From: Octopus vulgaris
Taxonomy: Eukaryota
Direction: 5' to 3'
DNA length: 64,000 nt
Assembly (NCBI GenBank): GCA_951406725.2
Contig: OX597823.1
Location: 18,104,001-18,168,000 of the forward strand
Part shown: positions 1 to 14,279 of the stretch, piece after piece
How the letters are laid out: every line of letters begins with the position of its first letter
Numbering within the stretch: position 1 is the stretch's first letter
Notes under the pieces: model-generated
What the model was told of the DNA's origin: nothing
The model's database searches: none
Seen by the model: the letters and a program-made list of their open reading frames with translations, nothing else
Made by a program: the position numbers and the translations under genes

Positions 1-865
1 CCAGCCTTGTCATTTATACGATTCTCTTCGTCCATCTGTTTTCTTTTCATTAGTATTTTTTTAAAATTTATTTTTCACTATGCTTTGACATTGGCTCGTG
101 TTAAGCAAGGTTGAATGACAATGAAAATAAAATGGGTGAGTTCAGAAGCAGCATGATGTGTGAATTAAACGATCTTTGTTTAACTAAATAAGACAAAAAT
201 ATAGACATATGAGTACCCATGACTATTATATCAGTAGATATTTAATGATTATAGATCAGAGGATTATCAGTTGAAAAAAAAAAAAAAAAACTCTTCAGTA
301 GGGGCCACTTCGGGGGTTTTCTGTTCCGAGGAGCAGGAGGAATGACAGAGAGAAATTGGTAGAGAGCAGTAAGACCAACAACAACGACAGCAGTTCACAG
401 AGGTCGCTGATCCAATGGAACTATATGTCGAAGATCTGGTACGGGAAGAGAAAGAAGAGCTCTCCTTGTCTTCTGTCCCAGAAGTGGTGGATATAGAAGC
501 CTTAAAGGCAGCAGTAGATTACTACCACCCTATCTATTTTCAAGTACGCGGAGAAAATACGCACTGAAGAGGAATAGCAGACTGTTGCAGAGACAAGACA
601 AAAATGACAGAAAAAGCTCGATGAGCGAAAGCAAAAGGTGTGTAACATATACCAAGAGACCCCACCACCACCACCAGTTTGTGGGAAAATATGGAGTTCA
701 AGATCGTGAGAAGGAGCAATGTGTTACTGACATGACAGCTGAGTCATTAAACAATTAAGAATCACAACGATGTGGTGTACGAAGTGGAGTTAGATCTACA
801 GGAGTCGGACAAAAGATGCTGGCGAAGGCCACATCAATAATTTACCACAGTTGTTGCTTACTGCT

Positions 866-1167
866 GGAGACGCAGTGGCCCAGTGGTTAGGGCAGCGGAC
901 TCGCGGTCGGAGGATCACAGTTTCGATTCCCAGACTGGGCGTTGTGTGTGTTTATTGAGCGAAAACACCTAAAAGCTCCACGAGGCTCCGGCAGGGGGTG
1001 GTGGAGTCCCCTGTTGTACTCTTTCGCCATAAATTTCTCTCACTCTCTCTTCCTGTTTCTTGAGTAACGCTGCGATGGACTGGCTTCCTGTCCAGCTGGG
1101 GGGAACACATACGCCACAGAAACCAAAAAACCGGGCCTGTGAGCCTGGCTAGGCTTGAAAAAGGGCG
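866..1167 (+). mobile_element. tRNA-derived SINE, family A
   Basis: Head GGAGACGCAGTGGCCCAGTGGTTAGGGCAGCGGACTCGCG with A-box and TTCGATTCCC B-box; same head at 25028, 25706, 33754(-), 53462(-). Confidence 0.85.
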
Positions 1168-3148
1168 ACGTTTGTCGTTTTTTTTTATCGTTGCTTGCTG
1201 CTGCTGCTGCTTCGTACTCTTGCTTGATGGGGTTGGGGTCATCTCATCTTAGTGATCCGAGAGGCGTCATCGTGCATAGAGCTGACCAGCGCCAGTACTC
1301 CCCATCATCGACGGTCCCATGCCAGTCCTTCTACATCCCTCTGCAGAGCTTCCTTAATTACGTCCAGCCATCTTGTGCGGGGCCTATCACGAAGCTTCTT
1401 CCAGCCTGCAGCAGAAAACAGAAACTCCCAGAAGACCTTTTAAGTCTTTTTAATATGACTAACTTAAAATATGTGCAGTCCCCTTTGGTATCAACACAAC
1501 GAGTTGCAGGCAAGCAAAGTCGCTGAGCTCTTTGAGAGGGTAGATTACTTTATTTGTGTTTCATGTTTTTTAAATTACGACTTATACGTATTCTGTTTTA
1601 ATTACTGTTTCATACAATTATATATTTATTGTTTTTTCTTAATTTTTCTCAAATTTTCAATATGTTCTTTGCATAACGTTTTTACTCCTCCCCTTGACAA
1701 AACATTAAGAAATAAGTGAACAACAGATTGCATATCCTGTTATGATGTCTTCTGTATAAGTCTTTACTCTTCCCCTTGCTAAAACATTGAGAAATGAGTG
1801 AACGACACATTGCATGTACTGTTGTCTTAGACGTGACTAAAACAGTGGATAGTTAAAGCTGGAATGTCTTTGAAAATAATTTTGTTTTGCTTGATCAGGA
1901 TTGTCCTGAGGCTAAACAAAAACAACGACAGCAGCTACAACAATCTTTATAAAACAGGTTATGCTGAAAAATTTTAAAGTGCACGGAAAGGCATTCCAAA
2001 GGGATTTGTAATAATTCAAGCTGAAGTGGAATGCAATCGTCTGGAAGCGAAAAACCATTTCTAAAAATACATTCAGTTTATTTCTGATAAACAATTTTTT
2101 CTAAAGAGTTTCAGAAGAATATTAAACAGCATTTTTCAATAATGCAAGAATTGGTGAAGAACAAAACTGTCAAAAGAAAATACCTTGCGGTTTTTGGTTG
2201 TGACTCTTTACGTGCTGAGTTCAAATGGTGTCATTTCTGTTTTGGGCTTTATCTTTTCTCTTTCTGCGAGAAAGTAAAAAAAAAGTAACCCTCGATAAAA
2301 TAAGTCCCATCTCAAATCCTAGGGATCAATGTAATCGACTGACCGCTCAAGTCCACTTCTAACAATCAATAGGATAGAAAGCGCGTCGATTGTTTGATCC
2401 CCCCCCTCCAAAAAAGGCAGGTAATTAACTGTAGTTAATGAGCGGGGACAAACAAACACAACAAAATAAGATAAATCAAAATAACAAAGAATACAAAATG
2501 AAAGAAAAAGAGTGCAGAGTAAATAACAACAAAAAAAAAGAAGAAACATTTCTGTTGTTGCTGCGCATCTGCAGAGTGTACAAATTGCAGAATCTTATCT
2601 ACAGATACAAAAAATTTGGTGTGTGTTCTTAGTAGTTTCTGCTTTAAGAAAATTGTTACTAATGGATTTTACTAATGGAAGGAAAACGCCCCTAACCATA
2701 AATAACTCTCGCAAGATGGCACTGATAGACGACGGCACGAAATGTAGTAAATTTTGTTTTGTCAATACATAAAATTTATTAAAGAGATATGAAAGCACAC
2801 AGATACACAAACTCACTCACACGCATACATACATAAACATATACGTACGTACGTACATACATACATACATACATACATACATACATACATACATACATAC
2901 ATACATACATACATACATACAAACATACATACATACATATATACACATGTATGCGTGTATGAATGTATGTATGTGGAAAATATATATTTTTTTTGTATAG
3001 TATTAGAAGTTACGTCACGATCTAGTCAATTACTTTTCCTTTTCCTAAAAAATGAGAGCAAATAGGGCGCTGCTGTTGCTATTGTTGTTGTAGTTGTTGT
3101 TCCTAGATCAGCCCTAATCGAGCGTAACTATGGTGAAAGCCATACCTC

Positions 3149-3375
3149 TTTCTTTACTACCCACAAGGGGCTAAACACAGAGAGGACAAACAAGGACAGA
3201 CAAACGGATTAAGTCGATTATATAGACCCCAGTGCGTAACAAGTACTTATTTAATCGACCCCGAAAGGATGAAAGGCAAAGTCGACCTCGGCGGAATTTG
3301 AACTCGGAATGTAACCGCAGACGAAATGCCACTAAGCATTTCGCCCGGCTTGCTAACGTATCTACCAGCTCGCCG
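3149..3375 (-). mobile_element. SINE, family B (Meta-domain-like core)
   Basis: Core GTCGACTTTGCCTTTCATCCTTTCGGGGTCGAT on the minus strand; many copies in the window. Confidence 0.8.
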
Positions 3376-4357
3376 GTGAAAGCCATATCATCATTCTATT
3401 TGTCAGAAGCTGCATTGTCCAATATACCCAAAACGGTAAGGTGTGATCTGAGAAAGATTTGGAGGTTATTTCTAGAAGGCTGACGGTGACAGAGTTGGGA
3501 AAAGAAGTAAAGTTCCAGGTTAAGCAAACACCAGATGTCGTTTAGTTGCCTTCCTTCATCTTCTGAGTTTGATCCACCTAGGCGCGACAATATTACATAG
3601 CAGCCATGTAATGGGGTTGATTTTATTCAATTAAACTTCCCTCCTCAACAAAATTTCGTGGCCCTTGGCTTAAAATTAGAAATCAATAGAAGAGTTCCCA
3701 TAAATATTCAATAAGATCAATAGATGTAAAGACTGGAGAATGTGAAGTCGTTGGACCTTGAGTGTTGTCTCGAGATGAGGAAGAGAATTTACAGCAATAA
3801 AATACATTCAAGATAAGATGCTCCTACGATCCAGTTTCGATTCTTAGGACATAGAAATTCATCTCGTTCGCAACATTAATACATTTGGCGACAAATTGGC
3901 ACATATATTAGAACATTAGATATAATGTTACGTGATATTTGTTCCGATTCTGCGCTCTCTTAAGTTCAAATCCTGCAGGGGTCAACTTTGCATTTCAGCC
4001 CTTTGGGGTCGGTAAAAAGAATTTCAATCCAGGAAGGGGAATTGACGAAACTGCTAGAGTATCGGGCAAGACTTCTTGCGTTCTGATCACAATATTTGCG
4101 ATGGCAATTGTATCAAGCCGTGTCGGCCAAAGTCGGTGGTTCTTCTCTTGCATAAACATCAGCGACATGAAGATGAGAGATTTGCGTATACAGATAACTG
4201 CTAGTCTTGCGAAAAATATTTTATTTAAGCCTATGCATACATATGTAGATGTATGGTCAACATTGATCAACAGAAGCCCTGCATCTAATAATCTTGGGAA
4301 AAGCACAAATACAATGTCACAATTTTCCCTCGAAAGATAAGAAGATATTTTGATATT

Positions 4358-4591
4358 TTTTACTTGTTTCAGTCATTTGACTGTGGCCATGCTGGAGTAC
4401 CGCCTTTAGTCGAGCAAATCGACCCCAGGACTTATACCTTGTAAGCCTAGTACTTATTCTATCGGTCTCTTTTGCCGAACCGCTAAGTTACGGGGACGTA
4501 AACACACCAGCATTGGTTATCAAGCGATGTTGGGGGTGGGGGTGGACATAAACACAGATACACAAACATATACACACACACACACACACAC

Positions 4592-4650
<59 letters not shown>

Positions 4651-4693
4651 GACGGGCTTCTTTCAGTTTCCGTCTACCAAATCCACTCACAAA
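4358..4693 (-). mobile_element. SINE, family C, 5'-truncated, internal (TA)n/(CA)n
   Basis: Matches the 3' two-thirds of the full copy at 30416-30815. Confidence 0.8.
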
Positions 4694-5129
4694 GTAGCTG
4701 TGAGTTTCATAATGGCATTGTTACTGAAACATGAGATTAATGAATGTAGAATACAATTACGTACATTATGACTAGTGAAATATTTTGCGTAATATAAGAG
4801 AAATGTGTTAAAAATTGTCTGGTATGTGAAACAGTGCCCTTTTTTTATGCGCTCGCTCCCTACGTTTAGAACCTGGCTACACTACTGAGACCACTAAGCA
4901 AGTTTTTGGTGAATTGTGTGCCCTCGATGTGGTTTTCATTCCTAGTGGAGGTCATAGGTACAGCTACTCACATATATATTTTGATGATTGGAAACCCTTT
5001 ATTAAGGTGGTTAGTGTAGATGAAGCAATGGATATGTTGCCCCGACACTTTGTACTGTACTTTCTAAATATGTAAAATACATCTTGTTAACTCGATCTGT
5101 AATGTTCCTTCTGTATTTTAAACAATTGC

Positions 5130-5990
5130 TTCAAATTTTGGCACAAGACCAGGAACATTATCAGGAGGAAAAGAGATTTAGTCGATTATCTCGACCCTAA
5201 TACTTGACTGATACTTCATTTTATCAATTCCTACTGGATAAAAAGTAAAGCTGACATCGGCGGGTTTTGAACTCAGAATGTAAAGAACTGGACGAAATGC
5301 CGCTAAGTATATTGTTCGATGCACTAACGATTCTGGCCGCTTGCCGCTTTCTTCCATACTTAATAATTCTTGCTAATTTTTGGCAAAGGGCCAACAATTT
5401 TGAGGGGTTGAGCAAGTTGATTTGATCTACCTTAGTATTTGACATCGACCCCGTACTGGATAAAATGCCAAATTGACCTTGGAAGAATACGAACTCAGAG
5501 TATAAAGAGCCGGAAAAAATTTCATTCAGCGAATGATTCTGGCAGTTCGCCTTTTTCTTCTGTACTTTAGTAATTCCATCTAATTTTGGAAAAAACCCAG
5601 CATTTTTCTTTAAGGAGGAAAGGGGTTAGTCGACTACAGTAGTTGACTAGTGATTTATTTTATCGTCACATAAAGGATGAAAGGCGAGGTTTATCTTGGG
5701 AGAATCTAAACTCGGAACGTTAGGAGCCGGAACAAATGCTATTGAGCATTTTGTTCGATGCGCTAACGACTCTCGAAATTCGCTGTCATCTTCTGTATTT
5801 CAATAACAATTTCAAATTTTGGTACCAAGCCAGCAAGTTCGGGAGAGGGAATAAGTCGATTACGTCAACCCCAGTGCATAACTGGTACTTATTTTATCGA
5901 CTCCGAAAGGATGAAAGGCAAAGTCGACCGTGGCGGAATTTGAACTCAAAACGTAAAGCCGGATGAAAAGCCGCTTAGCATTTTTCGACA
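5130..5990 (-). repeat. Tandem array of about four diverged ~220-bp family-B SINE units
   Basis: Recurring TTTTGGCACAAG...GTCGAT...GAACTCAGA blocks starting near 5130, 5370, 5580 and 5810. Confidence 0.65.
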
Positions 5991-6112
5991 ATTAATACTT
6001 CATTTCATTTTATTATATATATATATTATTTATACTATATATTCTATATTTTACATTAATATTATAAAGAATATAAATAAAACATAAAAAACAGAGTTGG
6101 AATTTCTTTGAA

Positions 6113-6620
<508 letters not shown>

Positions 6621-7204
6621 TAAAAAAGAGTTCACGTATAGCAGAATTTGCCTGTATCATTCTTGCACGTACGATGTGTCATAATCTAATATGCACAGAA
6701 TTCAGATTCTTATTCAATATACAACTTCCGTTATATTACATACTATGATAAGATACATCCTTAAATGGAGTTAACCAATCAGATTTAGTCATTATTTTAC
6801 CTATTTCAGTCATTGGACTGCGGCCATGCTGGGGCAACGCCTTGAAGGGTGTAGTCGATGGAATCGACCCTATTCCTTTTTAATTTCTTTTGTTTGTTTT
6901 TTTTTTAAATCTCGAAAGAAACTCTGCAGATTTTTTTTCCCATGTTTCCCACGCCTCGCAGGCATATTTTGTCGGTCTTTGTTCCGAAGCGCTAAGTTAA
7001 GAGGAAGTAAACAGTCATACACCGATTGGAAGCAGTAGGGAGACAAAGACAAGCTCGCACACACATGCACACACACATACACACACACATACAAACACAC
7101 ACACATGCATGCATATACACACACATACACACAGACGCACACACATACAAGCGCACACAAGCACGCACACATATTTGTGAAACATTCAATGAAATGTATG
7201 TATG

Positions 7205-7259
<55 letters not shown>

Positions 7260-7263
<4 letters not shown>

Positions 7264-7444
7264 CATATATAGTAGTAAATATAAGAATATATATATATAT
7301 ATATACACACATGAATATGTATGTATATATATACATGAATATGTATGTGTATGCATATGTGCACTGACACACACATAATACACATATGTGTATATATCTT
7401 TACTTATCTGTCTGTCTGTTTGTCTCTATCTATCTATCTATCTA

Positions 7445-7478
<34 letters not shown>

Positions 7479-7499
7479 CATATATAGTAGTAAATATAA

Positions 7500-7544
<45 letters not shown>

Positions 7545-7732
7545 AATGAATATGTATGTATATATATACATGAATATGTATGTGTATGCATATGTGCACT
7601 GACACACACATAATACACATATGTGTATATATCTTTACTTATCTGTCTGTCTGTTTGTCTCTATCTATCTATCTATCTATCTATCTGTATATATATATAT
7701 ATATATACATACATATATAGTAGTAAATATAA

Positions 7733-7795
<63 letters not shown>

Positions 7796-7810
7796 CATAC
7801 ATATATACAC
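7260..7810. repeat. Tandem duplication of a ~220-235-bp compound microsatellite unit
   Basis: TAGTAGTAAATATAAGAAT recurs near 7270, 7485 and 7720 with the same intervening CACATGAATATG...GTGCACTGACAC...CTTATCTGTC blocks. Confidence 0.85.
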
Positions 7811-8384
7811 ATATATACATACATAGACAGACACCAATGAATTGTGAGTGAATTTGATACACAATATTATTCTTTTTTGTTATTTGAAAAGAAAAACATT
7901 TGTCTTTGAAAGCAGGTTTTGAGAAAATACATGTGTGGCATTGAAAAACTACTATCAGATTCGTGATCAGCAGATTTGACTGAATAACAGAAACTCAACG
8001 AGTATTTTGAAATATTTCCCTTTGTTAAGCAGCATTACTTAAGATGAATTTGAATTTCGTAAGAACTTAACTCATCAAAATTTCCACTGTTTAAATAGTA
8101 TATTTAAGGGTAACGATGAGGGTGGGGGTGGGGGTGGTGTGGGGAGTCTATCAAGATGGTATTATCTCGTATTTTTATCTGAAAAAAATTCAGGCAAGCC
8201 TTGGCGTTTAGTTTGCTTTAAAACCAGATAAGAAAAAGTATGCTAATGTATGCACGAGTGGGGATTCGACGCAAACAGCAGTTATTCTTCGTTTGTTATC
8301 CCAGTGCTTTACCTTACACACACACACACATACACACACACACACACACACAAATATACATACATACATACATACATACATACA

Positions 8385-8415
<31 letters not shown>

Positions 8416-8454
8416 GTATGTATGTGTATGTATATATAATATATATTATATATA

Positions 8455-8630
8455 TAACGCGGAGTAGATGAAAGAGGGGCGGCTGAAGAAGGGGAATGTT
8501 CCTTGTGTTGTATGTTTTGTACCCTATTTTTTCGTTGTTTAAGAAAAATGTCCATTTCCTTGGTTTTGCGTTTATGTTTTCGTTTCCCATTGCGTTCGAC
8601 GTTTTTTTTGGTGTTCTGTACCCATATATG
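8455..8630 (+). mobile_element. 5'-truncated terminal fragment related to the PLE end at 35370-35700
   Basis: GGAGTAGA...CTGAAGAAGGG, pyrimidine-rich tail, ends CTGTACCCATATA; flanked by TA-rich repeats. Confidence 0.55.
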
Positions 8631-8709
8631 CATGTATATATACATGTAGAGGTAGGTACGTACATATATGTATATATATATGCATATATTTGTATATTTT
8701 TATTTTGTT

Positions 8710-8774
<65 letters not shown>

Positions 8775-9682
8775 GAAATATGTTATAAAAAGAAAATATA
8801 AAATACACGTGGAAATGTAAGGGTAAAATAGGAAAAATCAACGAAAATGCACATTGCAAATAAAAAAAGGCTATTTATGACAGGTAACGACAAATATATA
8901 CATTCAGATCGACTGAGGTAGTAATACGAGTCATAAAAGTCATTATTATGAGATGATTATAAGATGGTAATAAAGTAAGAGAACAAAACGGACCATGGTT
9001 TACGCAAAGCTATTCATCGTTTGAGAGGACACATACACGCACACACACAGGCACACTTTCTCACCTTCTTTGTTTATCTGAGTCTTTTAACCCAACAACA
9101 TCTTCATTTACTTGTGGTGGTGGTGGTCGTCGTCGCCGTTGTGGCGGCGTCGGCGGTTGTTTAATTTACTTGGAATGCGGATAAACTGTCAAAGGAGCAG
9201 TCTGCTTCATGCGGTGAATGTCGAAAGAAATACACTGGAATCATGACCCTTTCGCTATTGTCTTCTCTGTAACTCGCCTACAGGTGGACGTGAACGCTGC
9301 ACTGCAAGTTTAGGAAACATTCGTGAATTTAACAATGCTACCGTTTTCATTGTTATTGTTGCTTTTGCTGTTCGTGTAATTTACTTCCGTGTCAACACTG
9401 AAGGAGGACACTCATGATCAAAGATATGCATATATGTATGTATATTTGTACGTATATATGTAAACATGTATGTGCGTATGTGCATCATTTGTGTAAATAT
9501 ATATTTATTTTATTTATTTATTTTTTAAAATTTTTATCTAGTTTCAGCGTACAAGCTGTGGCCATGCTGGGGCACAAATATAAAGAAAACAAAAAAATGG
9601 AACAAGAACGTAACAGGCGACAACGAAATATCCGGGACAGTTAGATGATACAAAAAAGGACAGGAGAAAAACAAGGACGGGT

Positions 9683-9823
9683 CATTCGGAGCTTCCTATC
9701 CTCAGTCGAGTTCCAGATTTCTTAGCAGTTTCGGCTGATCATACTCGAGACTGCTCCAGTCTGGCCGGCCCCAGGAAAATCTAAGCTAAGAGCAGTAGAC
9801 TCCTTGAAGAAAGCAAGCGAAAG
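9683..9823 (-). ncRNA. Structured RNA motif with reversed hammerhead-like core (family 2)
   Basis: Closing stem + two hairpins + GAAA (9729-9732) + 23 nt + CTGAGGA (9699-9705); homologous to 62788-62929. Confidence 0.5.
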
Positions 9824-9963
9824 TATACAAAAACAAGGACGAAAAGAAACGAAACAAGAAATGGTACACAGTTACAAATACAAACATCAGGGCATTAAGA
9901 ACAGGTGTTATTTCCTTCATGCTGGCCACTTGATAATTTCGACACTTAAATATCCATATATAA

Positions 9964-10001
<38 letters not shown>

Positions 10002-10139
10002 CGGAGATGTACTCGCATAGCAAGTAATTTGATCTGAGATCGTGTGCTGAAACGAAAACAATTGCAGCGTGGGAGGTGTTTATAAGCCATTTAAGAAACA
10101 CACAAAAGCCGTTCGATTCACTCCAACATTTAAGTTTAA

Positions 10140-10189
10140 TTTGTCAAAATATTTTCGTCGCTAAAATCCGCGACCTGTTCACTGACAAA
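10140..10189 (-). ncRNA. Minimal type I hammerhead with G3:C8-swapped core
   Basis: TTTGTCA GTGAACA G GTCGC GGATTTTA GCGAC GAAA ATAT TT TGACAAA: 7-bp stem I, 5-bp stem II, palindromic stem III. Confidence 0.7.
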
Positions 10190-10207
10190 GTCCGTGCTGC
10201 ATCCGTG

Positions 10208-10266
<59 letters not shown>

Positions 10267-10315
10267 TGAATGAAAGAATGGAGTCGAACGAAGATGTTAA
10301 CAAAATTCCTTTACT

Positions 10316-10395
10316 CTCGACATATGTTTCGAAGACAGCATATTTTTATTCCGAAGGAATAAAAGGTACACTATGCAATCTTCTCATCAATTTTC
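10316..10395 (-). ncRNA. Degenerate minimal hammerhead
   Basis: TTGATGA GAAGA...TCTTC GAAAC ATAT GTC; C3 mutated and stem I lost. Confidence 0.5.
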
Positions 10396-11145
10396 CATGC
10401 TGACGATAAACATAGGATAATTCATTCACCTACTTATATATATATATATATAATATATATATATGTGATTTATTTTTCATACAATAATGTATCACACAAG
10501 AAAATGCTATCACGTACATGTTACTTAATACTTTCTTCTTGAAATGTGGGTATTGCTGTCCATTTTCATACGAGAGGCTAGTATTTTCTTTCAAAATACA
10601 GCGATTTAGAAGCGATCATGTCACTATAAATCATTGGCATTCAGTAACGATCTTCTGTAATTGAAAGACAAAGAATTATCATTCTAGATCACACGTATGT
10701 ATAGCATATGTAACTGTGTAGTCAAAAAGTGAATTTTGAAACTACACAGTTTCGGGTTCTATCCAATGGCGCAATATCTTGAATGAGAGTCATTCTTCTA
10801 CAACAGTCTCGAGTTGACCCAAAACTTTCGTGTGAAATTTTGTCGATAAAAACTCTGAAGATTTGTCGGGTACAACGTACCTATTCTTGCAAAGAGATTT
10901 ATTTGGTTGCACAGTGTAGCACCACCAGTTGACCTCGGTTGCTTTTATCTACAAGCATTCAATTCAGGCACCTGATGCACCTCCATATACATATACACTC
11001 TTGTTTTGGTATGCATACACACGCGCGCACACACACACACACATATATAGGTGTATGTATGTATGTATGTATGTATGTATGTATGTATGTATGTATGTAT
11101 GTATGTATGTATGTATGTATGTATGGATGGATGGATGTATGTATG

Positions 11146-11462
<317 letters not shown>

Positions 11463-11465
<3 letters not shown>

Positions 11466-11795
11466 GGTAAAAACCCCCTTCGGTCATGAATGACCATGGG
11501 ATTGCACCTAGAAAGTTATCCTCCTAGACACAAGTCCGGGCAAGGTTGTTTATGGAAGGCCAGCAGTCGCCCATGCATACCAGCCTCCCCTCTCCACGCC
11601 ACCAGTGTTATCCAAGGGAAAGACAAAGTTCGATACAGCTTGGCACCAGTGACGTCGCAGCTCATTTCTACAGCTGAGTGAACTGGAGCAACGTGAAATA
11701 AAGTGCCTTGCTCGAGAACACAACACGCAGCCCGGTCCGGGATTCGAGCTCACAACCTCACGATCGTAAGCTCGACGCTCTAACCACTGAGCCAT
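11463..11795 (-). mobile_element. tRNA-derived SINE, family D
   Basis: Head TGGCTCAGTGGTTAGAGCG...GCTCGAATCCCGG (A/B boxes), inserted in (TA)n. Confidence 0.75.
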
Positions 11796-12169
11796 ATATA
11801 TACATATATACATATATATAAGACGTTCTTTCGTCTTTTAATCACCACATATAGTTGGTTAATGCTGTAACATTGCGCCTCCCTTGGATTCTAAAAGAGG
11901 ATTTGTGATTATTCGACCCGGATTTAAACGGGTTCTTCGTTTCCCTAACATATTTTTGTGTGTCTCCTCGTTATTGCTGGATGACATCATCTCTGCTTCG
12001 CAGACCACGGCCTCTCTGTCACTGTAACCATTCACTGGACATTAATGTTACATGAACATTCTGCTTCAACACGGGGCTTTGAATCATTCACTAATACTAT
12101 TTATTTGAGATGCACATCTTATTTGTTATACACATAAATTATACCTATTGAATATTTTCCTATATTCAA

Positions 12170-12540
12170 GGTTCATCAAAGACTGGGACCACGGGCCATA
12201 GTCCCCTGCCCAATTCAGGATCACAGCATATATGTACACTGTAACATAATTTCTTTTCCTCAACAGGTCCTGCCCTATTTAACATTGTCCCGAAAGAGAT
12301 CAAAGAGGAAAAGGATACCATCAACTTTAAACGGAGTCTGGATAAATTCCTTCAAGGAATACCAGATAAGCCACTCATAATTGGATACAACTCACCCAAC
12401 AAAACTCACTACTTGAATGGACCATAAACAAAACTTGACTTAAACAGGATTTAGATAATCATATCAGGTGGTGCTATTAAGTTAGACATGGCCTGGACCA
12501 ATCTTTGGTCGAAACATATCTAAGTATATCTAAGTTTATA
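12170..12540 (+). mobile_element. CR1-clade LINE 3' fragment
   Basis: Translates GPALFNIVPKEIKEEKDTINFKRSLDKFLQGIPDKP (FKxxLDxFL end motif); tail with TATCTAAG repeats, repeated at ~15490-15560. Confidence 0.65.
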
Positions 12541-12806
12541 CTTATGATCCTGTGTATAATACTTATCCACCAACCTAAATAAATTCCTTCCCACTCAGGT
12601 TTTCCCGTTGAGTGAGAAAGGTGGAGCAAACCAGGAAACTTTATAGATGTTTTAGTCTGCTTTGCTTGCCTCGATGATTCTATTATTCTTTTATTCTCTT
12701 ACTCGTTTCAGTCACTTGACTGCGGCCATGCTGGAGCATCGCCTTAGATTGTAAGCAATTCTTACGTACAATTTGTATTTTGGATAGAAAAAGAGAAGAA
12801 ACAGTT

Positions 12807-12843
12807 GTATACGTGTTTCGCTCCTTGTTGGACTCATCATTAC
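12807..12843 (-). ncRNA. Degenerate minimal hammerhead
   Basis: GTA ATGATGA GTCC AACAA GGAGC GAAAC AC GTA TAC; C3 mutated. Confidence 0.45.
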
Positions 12844-13268
12844 CATGTATACTTTCAATTAGCCATAACTACGTTGCTTATAAACAAACAGATATTACAA
12901 GTTAAATTAAACTGAATAAACGAATTTACATATTTTAAGAACTTTCCAGGAAACCAGATTGAACATTAAATTATTGTTCTATTAACGTAACAGAAAATTC
13001 ATATCGAAGGTGAGTAATTAATAATAACCAATATAAAACCAAAATGATGAGAATAATCCATTAAATATTCATACATATGTAATGTTTGCGCTCCCCCACG
13101 GTAATTCAGAAATATGTCTAATAGGAAGAGAGCAGCAAAAGGCGAAAAGGGGATTACCAGATGGAAACATTATTGAAAATTTATTGTTGTTAATGTTATT
13201 AAAATTTATAACAAAATTTAAGACAAACTCATTTGCATAGGCCCATATATGAAATATATATATATATA

Positions 13269-13436
13269 TACAAAAAATTTTAGAGGACTAACCACTAAAA
13301 GTGGACAGCCTGTATGCTAAATATAGACGTCAAATCGCCATTACCACGAAGAATTATTCATGGTAATGTCGATTTGACGACTATGTTTAGCATATAGGCT
13401 GTCCACTTTTAGTGGTTAGTCCTCTAAATTTTGTAT
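13269..13436. repeat. ~170-bp near-perfect palindrome
   Basis: TTTAGAGGACTAACCACTAAAAGTGGACAGCC... versus ...GGCTGTCCACTTTTAGTGGTTAGTCCTCTAAA; ~80-bp arms, short loop. Confidence 0.9.
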
Positions 13437-13529
13437 GTAAAACAATTTTTAATCTTCGGATTTTAAAAAAAATATGCTAAGCCATTGGTTTTAATTGGTT
13501 AATATCAATTTCTACTCTTATTCAAATGT

Positions 13530-13638
<109 letters not shown>

Positions 13639-13661
13639 CGTATATATATATACATATACAT

Positions 13662-13737
<76 letters not shown>

Positions 13738-14212
13738 ATGTACATACATACATACGGACATACATACATTAGATTATTGGATATGTGTGTGTCTAAGTAG
13801 TGATGTAATATAGTCCCTGCAAATTACATGAGGTTATCGTATATCATCGTAATCATAGCTATAATTGCCTCGTGTTCTATGATAATTAAAAGTTCAAATA
13901 TATGTATGTTTGCATTCAATTACAGCTTAATTCTCTTTGCGTAATAGATATCAATCCATCGTTAGTATCTCGAGGCCTTCACGTATACATTAAGTGCACC
14001 CTTGTCGATTACCTTGGGAGAGTGTGACTGAATAAACACACACACACATTCTTACATATATATACACACATATATATACAGTTGTGTGTGTATGTGTGTG
14101 CGTGATGGCTGTCCACTTTTAAGAACATTGCACTCTGACAAATGTATATTTTACACTTGTAGGTTTGCTAACGAGTAATGCCCCCCAGCCCTCATATCTA
14201 TCTATATATCTG

Positions 14213-14278
<66 letters not shown>

Positions 14279-14279
<1 letters not shown>

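Noticed and set aside
290-860. Purine-rich coding-like stretch, possibly a LINE ORF1 relic
   Set aside because: No long open frame or recognisable motif.
866-940. tRNA genes at SINE heads
   Set aside because: Cloverleaves are incomplete and each continues into a repeated SINE body.
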